DNA of 32,000 nt from Candidatus Saccharimonadota bacterium (GTDB lineage Bacteria; Patescibacteriota; Saccharimonadia; Saccharimonadales; Saccharimonadaceae). The stretch spans positions 240,001-272,000 of the forward strand of contig CP006915.1 of the NCBI GenBank assembly GCA_000503915.1, read 5' to 3'. Of the stretch, positions 1-6,607 are shown piece by piece; positions within the stretch are counted from its first letter, which is position 1, and the number at the start of each line of letters is the position of its first letter. Both the position numbers and the translations under genes were made by a program. A model generated the notes under the pieces. It ran no database searches, was not told where the DNA came from, and saw only the letters and a list, made by a program, of their open reading frames with translations.

Positions 1-58
1 GATTTCCCGCAATTCACCCTGTGTTTCCGTACTTGGTTACCCAAGAAGGCTGCCTATG
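1..58 (-). ncRNA. Putative 5' portion of a group I intron inserted in the tRNA anticodon loop (truncated by the window edge)
   Basis: After CUGU the minus strand reads CATAG-GCAGC. GCAGC can pair with exon GCUGU, giving a terminal U-G pair (P1-like). Next comes a CTTGG-GTAA-CCAAG hairpin with a GNRA loop (P2-like). The following CAGGGTG-AAT-TGCGGG-AAA-TC has the same layout as the P3/J3-4/P4/J4-5 region recalled from the Azoarcus tRNA-Ile intron (UGGUGUC-AAA-UUCGGCG-AAA-CC). Confidence 0.4.
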
Positions 59-92
59 ACAGCGACCCGCTCTACCACTGAGCTACGCCGGA
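59..92 (-). tRNA. 5' half of a tRNA (acceptor 5' strand, D-arm, 5' anticodon stem, CUGU of the loop). GUN anticodon family, most like tRNA-Asn. The gene is interrupted.
   Basis: Minus-strand reading is TCCGGCG-TA-GCTC-AGTGGTA-GAGC-G-GGTCG-CTGT. This is a canonical acceptor, D-stem/loop and anticodon-stem 5' strand. It resembles Bacillus-type tRNA-Asn, which begins UCCGCAGUAGCUCAGUGGUAGAGC. No CGACC to close the anticodon stem occurs in the remaining 58 nt. Confidence 0.6.
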
Positions 93-135
93 ATACCGTT
101 AATTAGGTGCGTCTACTTCCGTAGATACAAAGGCT

Positions 136-164
136 ATTTTAACTGATTTCTCCAGAGGTGTAAA
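136..164 (-). promoter_or_regulatory. Sigma-70-like promoter upstream of the tRNA
   Basis: The minus strand reads TTTACA (164..159), a 17-nt spacer, then TAAAAT (141..136). It lies about 45 nt upstream of the tRNA 5' end. Confidence 0.4.
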
Positions 165-195
165 TACTCTGACGCCGAGTTCTATCTCCCGATGT

Positions 196-1908
196 CTATC
201 GAAGTGATTCAATCTTTCGCGTCAGGTCGGCAATATTTGCCCATGAGGATTTATCGGTCATGACCACCAGTACATAGGTTCCTTTTGGCGAATAGACGAT
301 AGCGGCGTCATGGAGTAGCGCCCACAAGAATCCGACTTTGTCTGCCACCGTCCCGCTGGCACCGGCTGGGATGCCCTGCCGATAGACTTGTCGTTTCATG
401 GCATCAAGCAAGCGCGACCGGCTAGCGCTAGAGATCGGTAACGAACCATTTTGTAGCATGATGAGATATGAGCGCAGATCGTTTGGCGTCGTCTCGATAT
501 TCGTATGCATAAAGCTCGAGCCGGTCAAGCCAAGCGCCTGGATTTCATTCGTCAGCGTCGACAAGCCAATCTTTAAAAGCATCGCCTTGGCGCACTCGTT
601 GTCAGACTTCACGATCATATCGTCAAAGCAAGTTGCGAGATCTCGGCCGCCGTTAATATTTTTATCCGACCACTTCCACGTACCGGCATCGACCCGTTTC
701 AAGGTGCCATAAGCGACAAAAAGCTTATAGGTACTGGCTGTCACAAAGACTCGGCTGCCGTTATACTGAGCAATTCTACCCTGGCCTGCCAATTCTTGGA
801 ACGAGACGCCGAATGTACCCGGGTGATCCGCGACATAGTGAGTTATCAATGCCGAAATGCCGAGGCTAGTGTGCGTATAGGTACGCTGATACACGACTTT
901 TGGCGAAACGGACATGATTGCTGTCTTGGCAGCTGATGTTTTACTTTCCAGCACCGCCTTGATGCTCGCAAGTGTTTTGGTGAGGTCAAGTGTCTGTCCA
1001 GTCGCACCAAGTTTCTGTGACATGACCGTGAAATCCAGCGTCGTAATAACTGTCTGGCCAGCTGGCTTCGCGACGAGCGGTGTGACATGCTTCGTGAGGT
1101 AGGCATTCGCTTTTGACTGATTGATATCGTAACGTAAGGCATCGTCTTTGGATGTAAATGTCAACCATGACAAGACATCTGCCTGTTTAAGCGTCTGGTC
1201 TTTACCGTTGACGGAGAGTATGACACCATCACGAGTAACTGCCAGAAGCTGCTCTTTTACTTTTGTCGCCTGTTCGTCATTGACGCTCGGTTTGACGGTT
1301 TTTACCGGAATGGTCACGGTACTCGGAGCATCCAGCCGTGGACGGACTGCCGTAAGTGATGCCAGCGCTTCCGACTCGTCGCACTTGCCGCCATTGATAG
1401 CGCTCACAAGCTGTAATGTATCATCCTTATAGGTGAGCGTTGCGTTTTTCGCGGGTATATCGCATGATTTGCCAAGCTTGTTGTTAAGATAGGATTTTGC
1501 CACTTTTTTGTTGGTTTCGTAGCGCGGCTGTCCATCGGGCTGGACGAAACCGTACCAGAGCAGTGAGGTCGGAACAAGCCGCAGATACCATGGGTAGTCA
1601 CGTGTAGCGAGACGGGATGAATTTTCCACTTTCAGGCCGATATCGGAAGGAAGTGCCTTATCATAAGAGGCTTTAGCGTCACCGAGTTTGACAGCAATTC
1701 TTTGGCTAGCCATACCGTGGTCGAGCTGCCACGCTGCATCTTTATTTTTCCACCCGCTCACATCAAGCCCGTCAATAGAAGCAAACAGCGGCAAGCGATC
1801 GGTTGGATAGAACAGCTGCACGACAATAAAGCCACCTAGAATGACCAGTCCAATCACGAAAAGCGCCTTATTACGGCGCCGGTACCACTGCTTAATGCGA
1901 CTCCACAT
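196..1908 (-). CDS. Membrane-anchored serine hydrolase with a class A beta-lactamase-like C-terminal domain
   Basis: 570-aa ORF with an N-terminal TM helix (ALFVIGLVILGGFIVVQLF). The C-terminal domain carries S-x-x-K (STYK), SDN (KSDNECAKAML) and a KTG-like KVG (ADKVGF) motif, in the class A order. Confidence 0.75.
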   Translation of the reverse strand: MWSRIKQWYRRRNKALFVIGLVILGGFIVVQLFYPTDRLPLFASIDGLDVSGWKNKDAAWQLDHGMASQRIAVKLGDAKASYDKALPSDIGLKVENSSRLATRDYPWYLRLVPTSLLWYGFVQPDGQPRYETNKKVAKSYLNNKLGKSCDIPAKNATLTYKDDTLQLVSAINGGKCDESEALASLTAVRPRLDAPSTVTIPVKTVKPSVNDEQATKVKEQLLAVTRDGVILSVNGKDQTLKQADVLSWLTFTSKDDALRYDINQSKANAYLTKHVTPLVAKPAGQTVITTLDFTVMSQKLGATGQTLDLTKTLASIKAVLESKTSAAKTAIMSVSPKVVYQRTYTHTSLGISALITHYVADHPGTFGVSFQELAGQGRIAQYNGSRVFVTASTYKLFVAYGTLKRVDAGTWKWSDKNINGGRDLATCFDDMIVKSDNECAKAMLLKIGLSTLTNEIQALGLTGSSFMHTNIETTPNDLRSYLIMLQNGSLPISSASRSRLLDAMKRQVYRQGIPAGASGTVADKVGFLWALLHDAAIVYSPKGTYVLVVMTDKSSWANIADLTRKIESLR

Positions 1909-2296
1909 TGGCCGTTACCTCTTCCTCTAATGCCTTTGTGATTTCAGTAAAGCCGAGCTGCTGCATCGCTTCTTTCACTACTGATTTCTGTTCTGGTGTC
2001 AGTGTTCTTGTCTGCAGATAGCCGAGAAGTTCAGCTTCGAGTGGCAACGGATTTTTCGGGGAGGTTTCGCCTGGACGTGTTGTCACGACTTCAAGCGAAC
2101 GGGCAGAATTATCTTTGCGGCGTAGGTAGCCTTTCGTGATCAATCCCTCAACATGGACGGCAACCGTTGACACTGATTTATAGCCAAGCGCGCGCATAAT
2201 CTCACGGTAACTTGGACCGTAGCCGCTACCCTTTATAAAGCCGTCGACAAAGCTAAGTAGTTCTTGTTGCTTCTTGCTGGCGCGTTCTTTTTGCAT
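1892..2296 (-). CDS. LexA-type winged-helix DNA-binding protein lacking the S24 peptidase domain
   Basis: 134-aa ORF. QQELLSFVDGFIKGSGYGPSYREIMRALGYKSVSTVAVHVEGLITKGYLRR follows the LexA N-terminal DNA-binding pattern. There is no Ala-Gly cleavage site and no Ser/Lys dyad region. It overlaps both neighbouring genes. Confidence 0.7.
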   Translation of the reverse strand: MQKERASKKQQELLSFVDGFIKGSGYGPSYREIMRALGYKSVSTVAVHVEGLITKGYLRRKDNSARSLEVVTTRPGETSPKNPLPLEAELLGYLQTRTLTPEQKSVVKEAMQQLGFTEITKALEEEVTANVESH

Positions 2297-3575
2297 AACT
2301 ACTCCCTATTATACCCCCCACAAGTGCCCACCAAGTAATTGACGTCGTATCGTCAGTCCAAACCGGTAGCAACAAGCCAATAATAGCAAGGCCGATGCCG
2401 CTCGCGAAGAGCGCCACGCCGAGCCAAGAGTCCCGGCGGTGATAAAGTTCTTTAAGTACGAGAATGACAATCGCCATAAATGTAGCGAGGCCAAGCCAGC
2501 CAGCTTCGTGGGCGACGAACAAGTAATAGTTTTCAATCGTCGGACCACCCTGCACTCCATACAATACGGCCGATCCCGTACTACCGATACCGGCGCCGAG
2601 TGGCTGTTTGGCTAGACGATTTACTCCTTCTTCCAGCGAAGCAATGTGAGCGGGGTTTGACTTTTCGATGACAACTGACTCGGGATCCTCGTGTAGCACC
2701 ACATTAGCAAACCAGTCGCTCGAACCGAGTAGTCCCACGCCAGCGAGTCCCGCGACTACCGTAACGCTCAGCCCCACGAAAAGATATTTTGTAGAAACTT
2801 TACTAGCGAGCGCACCGGAGATACCCATACTCGCAATAAGTGCCATGTAGGCGCTACGCGAAAAGCTAGCAAACATTACCGCTAATGTCGCGAAGATACC
2901 GGAAGCCGTCCACAGTCGCCAGGTTACCGATAGTCGTCGCCATCGGTATACGAGCCACGCAAGCAGCAAGCTGACATACACGACGCTCATCGCGCCGAGC
3001 GGATTTGGCCCACGCGTCGTGCTATTAATACGCACAAAATCGGGGTTTTTATCGATAGTACTATATGGGGTAATGGTCGTCTTGCTGTAGCCGAAGCGCG
3101 CCAGGAAGTCGTCTGGTAAAACGGTAATCTGCAGCAGGCCAAACCCAACGATAATGACCGCGCCGACAGCTGTTGTCTTTACCAAGCTCCGTAGTGCACC
3201 CGGATCAAGTAGGGTAAGAGCGTAGAACAATAAAAAGACAGCGATAAAGCGCAGGTCGATCATCAGACCGGCGACTGAAGGTGCCAGCCCCTGCCAAAAT
3301 ACCGGTAGCAGTAGCAAGTGGAGGAGAATAAAACCAATACTCAACTGTACCAAACGAACACGCAGTAATCTGCGCCATTCCCGCTCTTTTGTCAGCAGTA
3401 TCACCGCGATGACCGCCAGGCCAAACAGGAGAATCTCCTTCCATGCCTTGATAAGCTCCGTGTAGTCCGGCCATAAGCTCGACAGCCAAACAGACAGCGG
3501 TGCGTGGAGTACGACGCCAAATAGTACCACCAAAAGGCCAATGCGATAAATAGCGAGCAGGTGTGTGTTCTTCAT
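2253..3575 (-). CDS. O-antigen ligase/polymerase-like polytopic membrane protein (Wzy_C/WaaL family)
   Basis: 440-aa ORF with about 10-12 hydrophobic helices and one large loop (SDWFANVVLHEDPESVVIEKSNPAHIASLEEG). This is the typical O-antigen ligase-like architecture. Confidence 0.65.
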   Translation of the reverse strand: MKNTHLLAIYRIGLLVVLFGVVLHAPLSVWLSSLWPDYTELIKAWKEILLFGLAVIAVILLTKEREWRRLLRVRLVQLSIGFILLHLLLLPVFWQGLAPSVAGLMIDLRFIAVFLLFYALTLLDPGALRSLVKTTAVGAVIIVGFGLLQITVLPDDFLARFGYSKTTITPYSTIDKNPDFVRINSTTRGPNPLGAMSVVYVSLLLAWLVYRWRRLSVTWRLWTASGIFATLAVMFASFSRSAYMALIASMGISGALASKVSTKYLFVGLSVTVVAGLAGVGLLGSSDWFANVVLHEDPESVVIEKSNPAHIASLEEGVNRLAKQPLGAGIGSTGSAVLYGVQGGPTIENYYLFVAHEAGWLGLATFMAIVILVLKELYHRRDSWLGVALFASGIGLAIIGLLLPVWTDDTTSITWWALVGGIIGSSYAKRTRQQEATRTT

Positions 3576-3584
3576 CTGCCAACT

Positions 3585-3607
3585 AGTATAGCGAAAAATG
3601 CTATACT
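3585..3607. promoter_or_regulatory. Palindromic divergent promoter and candidate operator
   Basis: AGTATAGC-N7-GCTATACT is a perfect 8-bp inverted repeat. Each arm contains a TATACT -10 hexamer. One lies 11 nt before ATG 3619 (+) and the other 9 nt before ATG 3575 (-). Confidence 0.45.
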
Positions 3608-3618
3608 GCTAAACAGGT

Positions 3619-5061
3619 ATGCCTAGTCGAAACACCAAGTTTTACAGCCTTGTTCTTATCCTAGCCGACATTTTTGTCTTAATGCTGGCCTTTACCATTG
3701 CCTATATTATCCGTGTCCAAAATGACCCGCGGCCACTACTGGTACCCGTTTACGCACAGACCTACTTCTTTAGTTTTCTTGTCATCGTACCGTTATGGAT
3801 CACTGTCTTTGCCTCCTTTGGTCTCTATAGTTCCCCCGTCTATAACCGACGACTGACCGAATGGACTAAACTAGCTATCGGCTCAATGATCGGCATATTG
3901 CTGATCATTGGCTGGGAATATACCAGCGGCCAGCATTTCTTCCCAGCTCGCTTGGTGGCTGCCTATGCGCTGGTCGGATCCTTCGTGCTTTTACTCTTTG
4001 AGCGCGAACTACTGCGTTTTATTCGTAGTCTACTGTTTCGTTTCGGTCGCGGCGTCAGCCGGGTACTCATTATCGGTAATTCCGATGCTACGCGCGACAT
4101 CGCCGAGGAGCTAGCGGAAACCAGTAAAAGCGGCTATCGTGTGGTGGCCATCGCTGGTCCCACAAAACTTATACCCACTTCGCTTGATGACATCACTCAC
4201 TTTACCAACCTAAACGAAGCGCTTAAAAACGTCGAACGGCTCCGGGTCACTACTATCATCCAGACTGACCTTTACGACTCCAGCGAGCGCAACCAACAAA
4301 TCATGGGCACTGCCCAAGTACACCATATTAACTACAATTTCATCCCCGGTGAGGCTGAGTTCTATACCGGCAAGAACACGGTCGATGTTTTTCTCGGCTA
4401 CCCGATGATCTCGGTCTCGCAGACGCCGCTGATCGGCTGGGGCGCAATCTTAAAGCGCATTTTTGACACCCTAGTATCGCTACTGCTTGTCGTTATCTTG
4501 TCACCATTTTTGCTACTCCTCATTGTGCTCCAGAAGCTCTTTAATCCCGGTTCAGTTTTCTATATCTCGAACCGTCTCAGCCAATTTTCAAAACCGATCC
4601 GACTGATCAAGTTCCGTACCATGCGCGACCGGCCGACCGCGCACCTTGATGCTGCTGACGAATTCCGCGCCATGGATCGAGAGGATTTGGCTAGAGAGTA
4701 TGAGCGTAATCATAAGGTTGAGCACGATCCCCGCATCACGCGTTTTGGAAACTTTCTGCGCATCACTTCTCTAGACGAGTTACCCCAGATCTTCAACGTA
4801 CTCCGCGGTGATCTCAGCTTGGTCGGACCGCGGCCGATTTTGCCGCAGGAAGTGAAGTTCTCAAAAGGCAAGGCAGCACTTCTCCACAGTGTCAAGTCCG
4901 GTGTCACCGGCCTCTGGCAAGTCTCGGGTCGCAGTGAACTGAGTTTCGACGAGCGTATTGAGCTAGAAACATTTTATGCTCAAAACTGGAGCTTCTGGCT
5001 TGATATCAAGATTTTGTTCAAGACCTTAGCGGTCGTTCTTCGCCGGCAAGGGGCAAAGTAG
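3619..5061 (+). CDS. Polyprenyl-phosphate sugar phosphotransferase (WbaP-type initiating enzyme, Bac_transf domain)
   Basis: 480-aa ORF with N-terminal TM helices and a central Rossmann-like region (VLIIGNSD). The C-terminal part has the conserved block PRITRFGNFLRITSLDELPQIFNVLRGDLSLVGPRP plus GLWQVSGRS. Confidence 0.9.
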   Translation: MPSRNTKFYSLVLILADIFVLMLAFTIAYIIRVQNDPRPLLVPVYAQTYFFSFLVIVPLWITVFASFGLYSSPVYNRRLTEWTKLAIGSMIGILLIIGWEYTSGQHFFPARLVAAYALVGSFVLLLFERELLRFIRSLLFRFGRGVSRVLIIGNSDATRDIAEELAETSKSGYRVVAIAGPTKLIPTSLDDITHFTNLNEALKNVERLRVTTIIQTDLYDSSERNQQIMGTAQVHHINYNFIPGEAEFYTGKNTVDVFLGYPMISVSQTPLIGWGAILKRIFDTLVSLLLVVILSPFLLLLIVLQKLFNPGSVFYISNRLSQFSKPIRLIKFRTMRDRPTAHLDAADEFRAMDREDLAREYERNHKVEHDPRITRFGNFLRITSLDELPQIFNVLRGDLSLVGPRPILPQEVKFSKGKAALLHSVKSGVTGLWQVSGRSELSFDERIELETFYAQNWSFWLDIKILFKTLAVVLRRQGAK

Positions 5062-5064
5062 TTC

Positions 5065-5454
5065 GTGGTAGATAGTAGGTTGTATATAGTAAGTAGAATA
5101 GAAAAGTTTGAAGACTTAGTGGTATGGCAAGAAAGCCAAGTCTTTGCTGTTGAAATATATAGAACTACCAATAGATTTCCGAAAGATGAGCTCTTTGCTA
5201 TGACCAGTCAGCTCCGACGTGCTGCAAGCTCTATTTCTGCAAATATCGCCGAGGGGTTCGGTCGCGCCTCAAAAAATGATAAGCTACATTTTTATACCAT
5301 GGCCTATGGCTCATTGTTAGAAGTAAAAAACTTTCTGTACCTTGCCAATAAACTAGGCTACCTGCAGGATGATTCTCTCCAAGCACTATTAAAGCAATCC
5401 ACTAGCTGCCAAAAACTTATTAATGCTTCGAAAAAGAGTCTGCGCCATGGTTAA
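5065..5454 (+). CDS. Four-helix-bundle protein (23S rRNA intervening-sequence protein family)
   Basis: FEDLVVWQESQVFAVEIYRTTNRFPKDELFAMTSQLRRAASSISANIAEGFGR is the hallmark of this family. The start is uncertain (GTG 5065 or TTG 5080). Confidence 0.8.
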   Translation: MVDSRLYIVSRIEKFEDLVVWQESQVFAVEIYRTTNRFPKDELFAMTSQLRRAASSISANIAEGFGRASKNDKLHFYTMAYGSLLEVKNFLYLANKLGYLQDDSLQALLKQSTSCQKLINASKKSLRHG

Positions 5455-6607
5455 GCCACCTACCACCTACCACCTACCACCTACCAATAGCAATCCAAGG
5501 ATTGCGATTGTCCACGATTGGCTAACGAACATGGGTGGTGCAGAGAATGTTGTGCTGGCTCTGCACGAAGCCTTTCCGACCGCACCGATTTACACCTCAG
5601 TCTTCACTCCGGAAACCATGCCCGCTTTTAAAGGACTCGATATCCGTACGACATCACTCCAGCAGTTGCCAAAGTCGCTGCGAAAGCTGCACAAGTTCTT
5701 TCCGACGCTGCGCGTGCGCGCCTTTCAAAAGCTCGATTTATCAGAGTACGATATTATCATTTCCAGCTCTAGCGCCGAGAGTAAACAAGTACGAAAAACT
5801 CGCGATAGCCAGGTACATATCTGCTATTGCCACACACCGATCCGCTACTACTGGAGCCACTACAGAGAGTACAAGAGAGATCCGGGCTTCGGGCGGCTGA
5901 ACTGGCTCGTACGGCTGACAATGCCGCTGCTGATACCCCGTCTTAAAAAGGCTGATTACAAGGCCGCTCAAGACGTTGATATCTTCATCGCCAACTCTGA
6001 GACCGTCCGTGAACGCATAAAGCGTTACTATCACAAAACCGCCACCGTTATTCACCCACCGGTCGATATCGCTCGCTTTGAGCCGACGCGTCAGCGCAGC
6101 GATTATTACGTGACAGTTGGCCGTCAGATCCCCTATAAACATCACGATATCGTAGTCGAGGCGGCGACGAAACTTGGCATCAAGCTCAAGGTCTTCGGCA
6201 ACGGTGGCGAGCATGATCGTCTTGTAAAACTGGCTGGATCGACGGTAGAGTTCTACACTGACCGCTTTGGCGATGCCTCCGATCAGGCGTTGGAAAAAGC
6301 TTTAAATAGTGCCAAAGGCTTCATCTTCCCATCGGAAGAAGACTTTGGCATTGTCTCGGTCGAAGCCCTGGCTGCCGGCACGCCGGTTATCGGCCTAGCT
6401 CGCGGCGGTACACTCGACATCGTCCAGGATGGCGAAAGCGGCATTTTATTCACCGATCAAACCGTCGGAGCCGTCATCGATGCCATACAAAAAGCTGAAG
6501 CGACGGTATTTCTCCCTGCAACATTACGTCGTAAGGCTCGCCGTTTTGAGAAAAGCCTGTTCATTGCAAAGATGCGTAATATTGTCCAGCGCTCTACTCA
6601 ACAGTGA
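5447..6607 (+). CDS. GT4-family glycosyltransferase
   Basis: RIAIVHDWLTNMGGAEN is a typical GT4 N-terminus, and EEDFGIVSVEALAAGTPVIG is the E-x7-E region. ATG 5447 overlaps the upstream stop (ATGGTTAA). An in-frame ATG at 5423 is also possible. Confidence 0.85.
   Translation: MVKPPTTYHLPPTNSNPRIAIVHDWLTNMGGAENVVLALHEAFPTAPIYTSVFTPETMPAFKGLDIRTTSLQQLPKSLRKLHKFFPTLRVRAFQKLDLSEYDIIISSSSAESKQVRKTRDSQVHICYCHTPIRYYWSHYREYKRDPGFGRLNWLVRLTMPLLIPRLKKADYKAAQDVDIFIANSETVRERIKRYYHKTATVIHPPVDIARFEPTRQRSDYYVTVGRQIPYKHHDIVVEAATKLGIKLKVFGNGGEHDRLVKLAGSTVEFYTDRFGDASDQALEKALNSAKGFIFPSEEDFGIVSVEALAAGTPVIGLARGGTLDIVQDGESGILFTDQTVGAVIDAIQKAEATVFLPATLRRKARRFEKSLFIAKMRNIVQRSTQQ
5456..5486 (+). repeat. Tandem heptanucleotide repeat (CCACCTA) x4 plus a partial CCA
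   Basis: Read directly as four perfect 7-nt units at 5456-5462, 5463-5469, 5470-5476 and 5477-5483, followed by CCA. Confidence 0.95.

Noticed and set aside
1-92. Considered tmRNA or a simple tRNA pseudogene instead of an intron-containing tRNA
   Set aside because: tmRNA 5' ends lack a D-arm and anticodon stem like those seen here. The pseudogene option is not excluded and is kept as the alternative under the finding.
398-712. 104-aa plus-strand ORF, and similar ORFs at 914-1102 and 1148-1432, inside the hydrolase gene
   Set aside because: They are antisense shadow ORFs within a 570-aa gene that has clear catalytic motifs. They show no recognisable motifs, and no start context was examined.
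2253-2296. The 44-nt overlap between the O-antigen-ligase-like and LexA-like genes considered as a sign of a frameshifted fusion
   Set aside because: Both ORFs are complete with sensible termini. The LexA domain needs its N-terminal helix from MQKER, and the two products are unrelated folds. It is treated as a genuine overlap.
3205-3582. 125-aa minus-strand ORF overlapping the 5' end of the O-antigen-ligase-like gene in another frame
   Set aside because: This alternative frame of a membrane-protein gene gives an Arg/Pro/Gly-rich, unstructured-looking product. The 440-aa frame gives coherent TM helices.
5456-5486. Considered whether the short repeat array could be a degenerate CRISPR or an IS end
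   Set aside because: The units are contiguous 7-mers without spacers. No cas or transposase genes are present in the window.
5741-6214. 157-aa antisense ORF, plus the 121-aa alternative-frame ORF at 5535-5900, within the GT4 gene
   Set aside because: The GT4 frame has the canonical N-terminal and E-x7-E motifs. The others are frame shadows.
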